NCBI GenBank assembly: GCA_964187785.1
Contig: OZ076409.1
Span: 83,764,001-83,828,000 of the forward strand
Direction of reading: 5' to 3'
Length of the DNA stretch: 64,000 nucleotides
From: Amphiscolops sp. MND2022
Lineage: Eukaryota
Shown: positions 1-11,213 of the stretch, one piece after another
Layout: each line of letters opens with the position of its first letter
Position numbering within the stretch: the stretch's first letter is position 1
Translations under genes and position numbers: made by a program
Notes under the pieces: model-generated
The model's database searches: none
Told to the model about the DNA's origin: nothing
The model's input: only the letters and a program-made list of their open reading frames with translations

Positions 1-302
1 AACAGCGAGGTGCCGAGCGACTGGTTTGTGTGCTAGACTTGACCAATATTGGCGTGTCAAATTACGACATGGATTTAGTTGGGTTTATGGTGAAGTGTTT
101 CCAGAATTATTATCCGGATTTGCTGGTGTATCAGTTGAACTTCAACATGGCCTGGACTCTCAAGACGGTGTGGAACATTATCAAGACCTGGATGACTGCC
201 GAATCTATTGCCAGAGTGAAGTTTGTGAAAAACAAAGAAATCGAGCCTTACATACCCCCAGAGCACGTCCCTAAACACATGGGTGGGCAATATGACGTCT
301 GA
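1..302 (+). CDS. 3' end of a CRAL-TRIO (SEC14-like) domain protein, MOSPD2-like; 5' part lies outside the window
   Basis: The frame is open from base 3 (QRGAERLVCVLDLTNIGVSNYDMDLVGFMVKCFQNYYPDLL...WNIIKTWM...EPYIPPEHVPKHMGG) to TGA at 300-302. It has the typical CRAL-TRIO motifs D-x2-G, YYP and P-x2-MGG. Confidence 0.85.
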   Translation, partial: QRGAERLVCVLDLTNIGVSNYDMDLVGFMVKCFQNYYPDLLVYQLNFNMAWTLKTVWNIIKTWMTAESIARVKFVKNKEIEPYIPPEHVPKHMGGQYDV

Positions 303-746
303 TTGAAATTGTAGACTGCAGTTTTCTCCAAATCGACCCCCAAAAAAGTCGAAGCTCTTTTTGTGTTATAGATGAAAATATTACTGATGGTGGCGGAAAA
401 ATCATAAGAGATATAGAATTTGAGGTCAATGGGGTCGGAATGAGAAAACGCAAACCAAATTGACTTTACTAATCAAACTATTCAATCTACTTTAAATTCT
501 GAAAATAATTGTCTCATTAACTTGATCAACAAATTACTAATTACAAGTTACATATCACGCTGCAGTTTATCTATGCGTTGCAATATTACAGGAAGACATA
601 TAGTGTTCGAAAAGAAATAAAAAAACAAAGCTGTGTAAAAACTGAGTGACCTATGCATGAAACTGTTCATGGAGTTTTAGAAAAATCAGGAACCTGTTGT
701 TTGTGAAAAATTAAAAAAATACCAATTTCAGCCTATTCCATACAGG

Positions 747-880
747 AACAAGCCGGGAACGGCCCAAGTCGGCGCCATATCTAAGGCTCAAAAATAGCGA
801 AAGGACTTCAAAGTGTCAAGTATTCTCTTCTACAGTACCCGCGTGAGGAAAAATTTTAAAAGAAATTTTTTTTCGAGAAG
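747..880 (-). mobile_element. Truncated Helentron/DINE-1-like non-autonomous element, family 1 (hairpin end only)
   Basis: Begins aacaagccgggaacggcccaagtcggcgccatatctaaggctcaaaaatagc, the same terminus as the copies at 12903 and 40479. Confidence 0.6.
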
Positions 881-1842
881 GTCTGAAATGGAAAGTGCGG
901 GAAAATTGGACAACAAAATTAGTTGTTCGGCATATTTTTCCCAAAATGACATAAGAACAAAAGTCAAAGTGTCATTTCTTCTAACTTCCAGCTGCGACTT
1001 TGGTTTTAGGTTACGTTCGAACCTCGAACAAAACACACAGTTCGACTCCGATGCGGAACATTTATGTAATGGGCTCCAATTCGGATTGTTGCACATCTGC
1101 ATGGTCAGATTCCGGTGAACTATGGTTTTGGTCTGGCACCGAATTTTGCCATTCTTTGTATCGGTTCTTCTTTGATCAATTGTTTTTCTTTTGCTGTAAT
1201 CAAAGCTTCGGGTATTGTGTTTTTTTTGTTCTTCTTCTCATATGTAATTTGTTTTACCAATTCAGTTGCTTTCTTTCCAGGAGTTTTTTCCTTCAACATA
1301 TTTTCCTCGTAATTTTTTTAATCGGTGATCGCCGTCAAAAATTTTGAAATCAATAACAAGTTGCAATATTTCTCGATTTCGATAAATTTTCTTCAGAATT
1401 CTTCCGGTGTCTCATTTTCCAACTGTTTGGCCCAAACGAATCTCCTCGATTGTAGTAGGTGTTACGCTTCGGTAGGTAATGTTCGGTATATAACCGGATT
1501 AGTCCTTTTTTTCATACTATCCGGTTCCGTTTTACATTCAACTCGTTTTGTTTGGTAAAGGGCTTCTGGTCACACTTCTGGTCCCCATATAAAATCTTCT
1601 TGAACTGCCGTTTCTTTCCCGGTCCATTCGGCATCCGTAATATCTTTTCCTTTCAGAAGTGGTGTAATGTCGATTTTATGTTCCCGTTTCGTAAACTACC
1701 GGAATCTTTCTAACCACTGTCTCGGTGTGAATATTGGGATTTCGTCTGATGTTTTCGCTTCTCGGTTCGGTATGATATTTTTTTCTGTCATGGCTTCAGT
1801 TAAGGAATTTTCAGTTTGCTAAAAAACTTGCTGATTGCACCA

Positions 1843-2042
1843 TGTTGTATTCTAGACTTGTGAGATAAAACAGCTTTCTAAAATAGTTTCCTTCTATATC
1901 AAACGTATAGCATCGTATCAGAACTTAAAGTGATATATCAAAATTTTATATCAATTGTCTTTGTTTTTAATTAAGGCAGGTGATTGTCTATGACCGAAAC
2001 TCGGTAGACTACTACAGTAATTGACGGTTGAACCGTATAACA
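1843..2042 (-). repeat. LTR (200 bp), central/shared
   Basis: tgttgtattctag...ccgtataaca; roughly 90% similar by eye to 6970-7179. It has a PPT on one side and a PBS on the other. Confidence 0.85.
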
Positions 2043-2222
2043 TTTCCACTTCTATCTCGAGCTGCTTCAGAATTGCGATGAGGGCCCGGGTGGTGTCAGG
2101 GCGCCCGGGAGAAAGACCTGTGGCTTCTGCACCAATTCTGACAGTGGTTGTGGGGTACCTTTTGTGCAGCTCTAAATTTGTCCTGTAACGACAATGTCCT
2201 GTAACGACATATAAAAGTGTCC

Positions 2223-5200
2223 TTAGTAAGGTACACTACCATATCTAAACGGTTTTTTTATACTTTGATTTGACTGTCTAACATTATGTTTTAAATTCTC
2301 AACCTGAAGTCTTTCTCCTTCAGTGTGTATTTGTAGGGAGTCATTCTCGGGATCAGTCCGGATCGGTCCATATCTTCCGTCTTTCTCCGATGTGTCATAC
2401 ACTCTTCCGGTTTCGACCGGTATCTCTTCTTCATCGTCATCATAATCGTCGTCTTTCGAATGTCTCGGTGCTTTTTTTGTTTTGAACAATTTGTACCTTC
2501 CCGTTCAGAATATCGCGTAGGATCCCGTCCCACTTCCCGTATTTGCCGTCTCAGGCAGTGACAGTTCTTTGGGGGTTATCTCCGCTGAGACTGTTGGTAC
2601 AGTCTCTCTTCGGTGTCTTTTATCGCTCTGAAACAGAGGTCCCGAAATTAAATTTCAGTGTATGACTTTTACCATATCTGTTTTTACGGTATTTTTCGTC
2701 CCGCTTATTATGGTTTGTCTTTATCCTTGAAATCTCCTATCTAGGTATTTTCGGTTGTGTCTCTTTTCAACAAAGTTGGAAGGATATCTAACCGGTAAAT
2801 TCTTCATGGGTGATTTAGCCTCCGAAGCCAGTTACCGTGCGGGCCCTTACCATATGATTAGTGATTGCTCCTTTGGCGTGCCTTCCGACATATATCGGTA
2901 TTTTCGGCTTGTTAGGTGCCAAAATAGACATTTCTGACCAATCTGATAAAAAAATTCCCCATCTTTTATTTTATTTGTTAATTCCGTTCTCGGTTTTCTA
3001 CCGTGATGTAATTCGAATGACGTTTTTTTTCAGTCCCGTATGTATTGTGAATTGCACTACTTTTCATGCTCGCTTTGCGCTTTCGGTTAGATTATTACCG
3101 TCTTCCATATTTGCCAATAAAAAAATTTTTCATGGTTTGTATTGCTCTTTCTACTGTACCGTTTCCGGTATGCATTTGTGGCGGGCAGCACTGAACTTCT
3201 ATATTCAGAAATTTACAAAATTCTTTGAATTCGGACAATATAAATGCCCTACTTTCGTCAAATTTTAATCTCTCAGGATTTCCGTATAAATTGAAATGAT
3301 TTGTCCGTAAATTTATAACTTCTTTTCTTTCGGCTGTTTTACAAATTTTTGATATCGGCTATTTGCTAAACCGATCTATTGCTATTAAAAATTGAGATTC
3401 TCCGTTTAAATTTTTGTTGAATAATTTTCCGGTAAAGTCTATTTGTACTTCTTGTCACAGTTCAGTTAGTTTTTCTAACTTCCCGTGTTGGTATTTTGGA
3501 ATTTGGCATTTTAGGTTCTTACCTGTGGCAAGGCATGCGGTACAGTCTTCAACTTTTTGCCCTATGTCTTTCCGCATCTCCGGTCACCAAAAGATTTTTG
3601 CATCGGATAACATCTTTGTTGTGCCAGAGTGACCGAAATGTAGTAGTTCGATCAGCCTTCTCAAATTAATGGGCATGGCAAGTTGGTCGTCCACGAAGAC
3701 TAGACCTCACCAAATTGATAGCTTGTCAAAGAACCGTCTGTATCCTTCCGGTGCCGTGTCTCTTCTTCTCTCCGCATGCGCATGCTCGCCTGGATTCTTG
3801 TCATCTCCGGATCAAATGCTGTTTTTGAAATACCAGTTTTCAAGTCCAGAATGAACTTAATTTTAATTTTTCTTGATGTTGTCTTCGATTAGCTTCTTGT
3901 TCTCTGTTAGTTTACCCACTATGTGACTGATTTGTATCTAGTGAGCCTCTTTTCCGTCAGTATGATATTTGCTCATGTCGACGATCGGAAGGTTGTTACC
4001 CCGCATAATTACACTCTTCTTCGGTATCCACCGTATTTTGCTCTGCTTGAACTATCCGGTTTGCTTTATATGTTAGTTCTGCGTCGATTTCTGCAATCTC
4101 TTCCCGGCTTCTTTTGTTTGGCCGTGACGGTGCAAATATAGTTCTTTGTGATTGTGGATCGTATCTTCTCCGCATAGTTCCCGGTCTGGCGAGCGTTTCT
4201 CTCCTTTCTGCTATTCTTCTGGTTTTCCGGGCTTGTTTTTCTCTCACGGATAATTTTCATTATCCCGCAGGAGATTCCCCAATGAATTAGGTTTTCTCGG
4301 TTCATTTCGTTTTCAATAATGGTAGCATTCGAGTTTAAACTGCTTTTCACCGTGCTAATACCGGACTGCCCGGATGTAGTATTCTCGTTTGTGTTGAGTT
4401 TGTTCACGTGATTTTTGTTCTGCAGTGTTCTAGTTTTTTCTTATTGGTTTTTCTTTTGCTCTTTTTCATTTCGGTTCTGCTTTCGTTCGTTTTCGGTTCC
4501 TTCTGTTCTTGAGTTTGATTGGCGGCCTGTCGAATAGCGAAACATATTTTGCGTTCAATGCGGCGTGTTCGATAAGGATATCAAAGTTCATATTCTTCGT
4601 CGTATTTGTCTTCTATCGCAGCTCCCCTTACCGGACTTCTGCTGAGAAACTCGGTAGATATTAAGTTGCTGCCGGCAATGTGCTGAACTGCAATTTCAAA
4701 AGGTGCCAATCAGTCCAGCCACCGGGTTAGCCTCGCGCTGTAGTGCTTGAGGCTTCAGTTGCGTTTTATTAATGGTTCTATTCGGTTTTATGTCTCCGCT
4801 GTCTTGCTTTCGCCAGAGAGTAATTCCTAGTCCAGGTTTGACATGCATCCGTATTGTGCCCAGCATGGTTTTTTTGTTATCATCCGTTTTATTTGCGTAA
4901 AATCCTCTTCTTGATCCTTTTCCCATTTTCATGGTTCATTTTGTTCAGCAATTTTTTGAGTTTATTTGTTTTGTTTCCGAAAACTTCGGTAGGCATTTTG
5001 CCAGATGTGGTATTGCGCCGAGGAATGATTTCAATTCCTTTGTGTTGTTCGGTGGCTTCAATTTCAGAAGTTGCTTCCGCTTTTCTTCATTCGGTTTTAT
5101 TCCGTTCTCGTTACTTTCGTGTCCCAGCTACTTTGTTCGATCAATGAAGAATTCCGATTTTTTTACTTGTTCGGTTACCGGCTTTTTCCAACCTATTTAA

Positions 5201-6031
5201 AACATTGAATATTTTTTTCTCGTGTTCTTGTCTGTCTCTGCGTGGTACCACTTTTATGTCATCTAACCACGCTCGTGTACAGTATTCTATCATTCGATCA
5301 TATCTTTCTTGGAATAATGTGGGTATATCAGGCAGCCGGTACAACCCCTTTTTGAACTGATAGAATATGCTGAACTTTGCCCCGGTGATTGGGAAAGAGC
5401 ATTGTCGGCTTGTTTCTTTCGATAATTTTAATTGCCCGTAGGCGTAATCTAGATCGATTTTTTAAAATGAATAGTTGAATAGTTGGGTTATTCGAACTCG
5501 GTTATTTTCTACCTTGGTTCAGTAATTCCTTGATGTTCGGCACGTGTGGTCTCCGCTTTGCGCAGTTATCTTTTAGTTTTTGGGAGTCAAGTGCTAATTT
5601 CACCGATTTATCGTTTTTAACTGTTATAACCACAAAGCAGTCCTCATTCACGTTTTTTACTTTTTCTAGGTGTCCGGCTTTTATCAGTTTCTCCAATTGT
5701 CTCCCATCATCCTGTAGGTGTAGCGGGATGGGCCTAGCGTTTTGATTTATTGGATATTGTCCCGGATTCAGCTGTATGTTTATTTCGGTGTGTTTTATTG
5801 TTCCATTGTTTTCAAACATATACGGAAATTTTTTGATTATTCTCTCTATTTCTGATTGGTTAGTTTCGGCCAATTGGTCTCCTCCGATTGGTAATCTGAG
5901 TCTTTTCATCCAGTCAATTCTCAAGAGTGGTGTTGTATCCGTTCATTCGGTAATCAGGATCTCCATTTTTTGTGTATTATTTTCGTATTCCATGTTCACC
6001 GGTATCTTCCCCCAGAACTTCACTTCATTTT
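2223..6031 (-). pseudogene. pol: Gypsy pol remnant (protease end, RT, RNase H, integrase) with many stops and frameshifts
   Basis: ORF 5502-5924 reads PIPLHLQ...LEKLIKAGHLEKV...VITVKNDKSVKLALDS...RPHVPNIKELL (RT N-terminus). ORF 5141-5344 contains AWLDDI. An integrase zinc-finger-like HFGHSG...C-x2-C lies near 3530-3645. Confidence 0.8.
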
Positions 6032-6690
6032 TACACAGAGGCGAAGCCGCGCTTCGCAAAAACTTGCGAAGAAAGTTGCGAACTTTTGAAGAAACCCAAA
6101 TAAGCAATATCATACAGAGAGCCAAGGGTAAAAGGACATTATTGTTGAAATTTCACCAATTTTACGCCAAAAAATCCCAAAGGGATACCCATAAATCTCG
6201 AAAACAATTCTTCTCCAACTGGAAACAACGGAAAACCCATCTTTCTTAACCGTAAACCTTCTTAAAAAAAGAAAATTGAGGAAAAAAATTTCGAAATTTT
6301 TCGAATTTTTTTATTGAAGGTCTCCAGCAAGTCGCATAGTGCCGAAAACCTTGAGCAGTGCTTTATGCTCGCAAAATGTTTCGTTTTTAGTAAAAATTGA
6401 GGGGGCTTCGATGAAAACAAATTAGAAAAAAAATCGCATAGAAAAAATAGCGGTCTTTGAAAAAACACAAAAGTCGGAGATAGCGTGCTGGGCCTGAGAA
6501 AACCTAGTTTTAAGACAAAAATTATTCCATTTGAGAAATCTCACAAGGCCAAAAACTCACAAGGCCAAAAACTGTAAACCACAAGGGGGCACTTTGAGAT
6601 TTTTTTAACATCCATTCTGTTGCAAAATTTCAAAAAATTGAAGCGAGACTTGAAAAATTTTCAAAAAAAAACAAAAAAGTGAGAATTTTT
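6032..6690 (-). mobile_element. Helentron-like non-autonomous element, family 2 (degenerate), replacing the gag/pol junction of the old Gypsy
   Basis: Starts acacagaggcgaagccgcgcttcgcaaaaacttgcga and is collinear with 7778-8180. Confidence 0.6.
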
Positions 6691-6969
6691 CATACTATCC
6701 AGTTCCGTTTTATATTCAACTAGTTTTGTTTGGTAAAGGGCTTCTGGTCTCCCCATATAAAATCTTCTTGAACTGCCGCTTCTTTCCCGGTCCATTCGGT
6801 ATCCGTCATATCTTCTTCTTTCAGTAGTGGTCTAGTTTCGATTTTATGTTCCCGTTTCGTAAACTACCGGAATCTTTCTGTTTTCGCTTCTAGGTTCGGT
6901 ACGATATTTTTTCTGTCATGGCTTCAGTTTAAGAAATTTCAGTTTGTGTGAAACTTGCTGATTGCACCA

Positions 6970-7179
6970 TGTTGTATTCTAGACTTGTGAGATAAAACAC
7001 TTTTCTGAAATAGTTTCTTTCAATATCAAACGTAAAGTATCGTATCAGAACATAAAGTGATATATCAAAGTTTTATATCAATTGTCTTTGTTTGTAATTA
7101 AGGCAGGTAATTGTCTATTACCGAAACTCGGTAGAGGTTAAATGTCTACTCCGGTACTTGACGCTTGAACCGTATAACA
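6970..7179 (-). repeat. 5' LTR (210 bp) of the degenerate Gypsy
   Basis: TGT...ACA ends; PBS at 6957-6969; the adjacent gag-start sequence 6690-6969 duplicates ~1510-1842. Confidence 0.85.
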
Positions 7180-7237
7180 TTTATAATTGATACAAAAGTC
7201 CTAGAAAATTTTTTTGAATTTTGGTCAACAGCTTAAT

Positions 7238-7357
7238 AGTACAAAGTTTGTGGCATTTTCTTGCTATGATTAGCTTTTTGGCCAGGAGTCAAAGTTAATT
7301 AACTTTGACTCCTGGCCAAAGGGCTGTTCAGTAAGAAAATGCCACAAACTTTGTACT
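7238..7357. repeat. 120-bp near-perfect palindrome (foldback hairpin)
   Basis: Outer arms agtacaaagtttgtggcattttctt / aagaaaatgccacaaactttgtact; inner arms tttggccaggagtcaaagttaa / ttaactttgactcctggccaaa with no loop. Confidence 0.9.
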
Positions 7358-7777
7358 CTTGGTTCATATCTTGCAAACTTTTGAAACTAACACATTCTGA
7401 CGGCACATTCGCCGTCTTCATGAATTGGAATGATCGCAAAATGGTAAAAAATGCTAAATAATTTTTATTGCGTAAAGACAGAATTCCGCGCCAACAGTTT
7501 CTGGCTGTTCATTCCCAAAAGACAAAGATGAAAGTGTCAACGCTACAATTGATCAAATGAGATTTCTTTTCTCATCAGTGATTTAAATATTGAGTAATCA
7601 AGTTCGAAAAACTCAAAATACCATGTGAGAACTTTCGTTTAAAAACATTTCAAAACAAAACCTCTGATCAAAAACTTTTGCTCCTTAGACTATTATCAAA
7701 TGCATGTCCAAGAAAAAATACGCTTATGAAGTTTCCGCCTGTAATATTACCTGTCTTGAGCTTTCGTACCATAGTGT

Positions 7778-8811
7778 AACAGAGGCGAAGCCGTGCTTCG
7801 CAAACACTTGCGAACTTTTGAAGAAAACCAAATAAGCAATATCATACGGAAAACCAAGGGTAAAAGGAGATAAAAATTTCATCAATTTTACAGCGCCAAA
7901 AAATACCCGAAGGGATACGCGTAAGCCTCGAAAACCATTCTTCCCCAACTGAAAACAGCAAAAAACCCATTCTTTCTCAACGGAAAACCTTAAACAGAAA
8001 ATAGAAGAAAAAAAATTTCAAAATTTTTCGAAAACATTTTTGATGGTCTCCGGTAAGTCGCAAAGCCTTGAGGAGTCCTCTCGCAAAACGTTTCGTTTCT
8101 TGTAAAAATTGAGCAGGGGCTTCGGTGAAAACAAATTTTAAGAAAGTCGCATAGAAAAAAGATCGGTCTTTAAAAAAACGGTCTTTTAAAACTAAAAATT
8201 GAGAAAAAAATTTCCGAATTTTTTTCGAATTTTTTTGGAGTTTCCGCTAAGTCGCATAGTGCCGAAAAATGTAAAAAAGGGACCTTTTAGGATTTTATAA
8301 CATTCGTTCTGTTGCAAGATATCAAAAAATTGAAAGGAGGACGCTTTGGGGACATTAAAAAATTTTTGAAAAAAATCAGGGAGTCTAAAAAATTTTTGAA
8401 AAAAAATTAGAATTTTGAACAGTCTCAGTGCCGAAAATTCTGAAAAAAGGGACCTTTTGGGATTTTTTAACATTCGTTCTCTTGCAAAATATCGAAAAAA
8501 TTGAAAGGAGGACTCTTTGGGGACCTTTAAAAAATTTCGAAAAAAAGTCTCACAAAGCCAAAAAAAGTCTCACAAAGCCGAAAAGTCTCATAGTGCCGAA
8601 AAAAGTCAGAACCTTCTGCTTCGGAATACTTGAAAAAAAATTAGCGCATACCCACGGGTTCGAACACGAAACCTCTGGGTTGAAAAGCAAGCATCTTACC
8701 ACTAGACCACGAACGCGTGAAACGTGCGAGTTGCCGCGTGAAATCAGAGAGTTGTCGTGCGGAAAAAAAGCACTCGCACTTTCCCATAACACTTGCTTAT
8801 CGCAAGTGTAA
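7778..8811 (-). mobile_element. Helentron/DINE-1-like non-autonomous element, family 2 (full length)
   Basis: One end has hairpin gcgaagc-cgt-gcttcgc followed by subterminal IR acacttgcga (7804-7813). The other end is acacttgc-ttatc-gcaagtgt (8789-8809). No TSD; A/T-run flanks. Confidence 0.65.
8644..8716 (-). pseudogene. tRNA-like module inside the Helentron-like element
   Basis: 73 nt with A-box tggtctagtgg, B-box gttcgaac and partial acceptor pairing (gcgt...gcgc). The anticodon stem does not pair. Confidence 0.5.
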
Positions 8812-8961
8812 TTAAGGACTGAAAATGTATCGAAACTCAGCAGGTGTTTTGCCAGGTTTCCGGATTTTTAGCTGAGGATTGTTGCAAAAATTGCAAGTCT
8901 ATACTTTCCCGTATTTTGCATTTAGCAAACGTCGATCAAGTTTTGAGTAACTTCCAAATTT

Positions 8962-9638
8962 AACACAGAGGCGAAGCGGTGCTTCGCAACGGTGCAACTT
9001 CAATTCGTCGAACATTCAAATCGTCGAAAAATGAAAAGCTATTCAATGCGTCGAAAGTATTCCAAACCAGCGGTTATTTTCATTTGGTTATAATTTGTGG
9101 CGATTAGCATATTTGTTGTATAGCTCGGTCGCTTCGCTCCCTTCGCCAAATAGCAACATTGAGGCATGGCCATATGGCACGTCGCTCCGCTTCGCTCCTG
9201 AATTTAGGGCACTAGGAGTATGTGAACATAGCTGACTACGTTATCGTAATTTTGAATGCTCGAATTTGATTGGCCGAAATCAATTCATTCCATTACGTCA
9301 TACCATGCTCGCTAAATTAATACGTGTTCGACGAATTGAATGTTCGACGAATTGAACAGTCCCCCTTCGCAACACATGACGAAGACATCGATTATTTTAA
9401 TTTGCGTATATATATATTTTAATCGCATGCGTATATATTCAACAGTTCAACTTCGTTCAATAACGTCCCTATGGCACAGTGGTCAACACTTATGCCGTGC
9501 AATCGGGAGGCTGCAGGTTCGAATCTCTTTGGGGTTTTGGCTTTTTTCTAAAAGGCGCTCATTATGAAGTTGACTATAGTGGAAAAAAACTTACTTAGCT
9601 GGACTGCAATGCACATTGACTTCGTGTTGTGCAAAAAA
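8962..9638 (-). mobile_element. Helentron-like element, family 3, carrying a nested MITE and a tRNA-like module (9465-9536)
   Basis: Has the acacagaggcgaagcggtgcttcgc hairpin end. The far end near 9612-9638 (cacattgacttcgtgttgtgc plus A run) is only loosely matched. Confidence 0.45.
8991..9364. mobile_element. Mutator/Foldback-like MITE with 9-bp TSD, carrying core 2
   Basis: TSD cttcgcaac at 8982-8990 and 9365-9373; TIR gg-N6-ttcaattcgtcgaacattcaa at both ends. Confidence 0.85.
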
Positions 9639-11213
9639 GTTCAGAAATATGAAACAACTCTTGATCAGTTCATCAGAGTATTTTAGTGTTTCTCTACATT
9701 GAAGATTTGAGTTTACCAATGCCTCTTGTATATCTATTTGACGAAATTGGTCTGGTCGTGTTCATCAAAAAAGAAACAACTATCTCAGGCAGACATTTTT
9801 TTACTAATTGCTTTTCTCCAGATCTTAGTGACCATTTGCTTCTACCAACGTTTACTTCCCAAGTTATAGAAAGGAGAATGAAGAGCAAAATGATTGTCAA
9901 GCTTGATTAGTGCTGCCAGGAAAATTGATCCGTGCTATTTAAGTTTGAAGTACCTGAATTTTCTTGGAATTGGTTGAAATTTTGAAAAACTTAAAATCTG
10001 TCTAATTTACATTAGCATTTTTTGAAGTATTCTGATACAAAAACTGGAAAATACAAATGGCTAATTTTGAATATAATTCTTTTTTATACAAGCTTCTTTT
10101 TATACAGCTTTTTTGGCAAGTTTTAGACTCGATTAATTACCCAAATCTAGTGAATCCATGGATATATTTTGAATTCAAAAATCGTGTTTTTGACAAATCA
10201 GGCTCGAAAAGTAAATTTCCTTAATTCACGTTTATTAAAACAGGAAATTAAATTTTCGTTGCAAAACTGCTATTATTTAATTCAGAATGTTTCTGGCACA
10301 AAAAAGATATTGATTTTTAGACAATCCTACAGAACGCGATAAATTTAAAATAACAAAAGAGACTTTACTCAATGGACCAACAAAAACTGCAAGTGAGATC
10401 AATCAAGCAATTTTAATTGGTTGATAGCGACGCTCAGCGCATAGTGGGATTCTTGATCACAGTACAGTAATATGGTTTCCGTTAAAGAGCAGTAGAATCT
10501 TCATTTTACACATCTCTTCAGTGATACTGCCAGTTGCTGATTCAATCCACGATTGCTTAGTTGGTTCGGTACATCCGATTCTATGCTATACCGTCGGTTC
10601 ATTTGGTGCACATTGCATACACAACCTTGAATGTAAAAAACCGGAGAACCCTGTTTGAAAGAAAGACCAGACTATGGTGCTGACTTTTCCATGTCACAAA
10701 TGACCGAAGTCATCCACAGACTTAAGATTCGAAAAGCTGTCTTTTGAACATGATCAACGTGTTTTCGAAAAACCCTGATCTTTCGGTTGAACTTTCCTCG
10801 AAATATTCACAAAAACCAAAATATTGCCCCATGACTGCTCGATATTTTTTTGGTGAAAATGACTTTGGAAAAATTGGTAAACCAAAATATTGAGTACACA
10901 AACTTGGATACAGAATTTTCAGCGTAAGCGGGAAAAACTTATCTAATGTAATAGTCCGGCACTTTCTTTCCAAAGGCACTTTCTTTCCGGCACGTTCAAT
11001 TAAAAATCATCGCTTGTTTCTCCATGATTCACCCAATGGCTTTTCTATGGCCCTAAAAACAGTTACATGGTCGAATTCTAAACTCCGTATATATTACATA
11101 ATTGAACAGTATTTACAAATGAATTTACAACTCGATTTGATACAAATCTTCAACTAATACACATTGAGTAAAATCCAAAACTTTAAAAATAATTTGATGA
11201 AGTCCTTTTGACG

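Larger units (their letters stand above)
895..7179 (-). mobile_element. Degenerate Ty3/Gypsy LTR retrotransposon in a tandem LTR-internal-LTR-gag arrangement
   Basis: LTRs at 6970-7179 and 1843-2042 have TGT...ACA ends and are each followed on the minus strand by PBS tggtgcaatcagc. A purine tract (agatagaagtggaaa) precedes the 1843-2042 LTR. Pol remnants lie in between. Confidence 0.8.

Noticed and set aside
8644..8716. Functional tRNA gene
   Set aside because: The anticodon and T stems pair poorly and it is embedded in a repeat; kept only as a tRNA-like module.
9650..11060. Possible decayed coding sequence
   Set aside because: Short interrupted frames with no motif I can assign.
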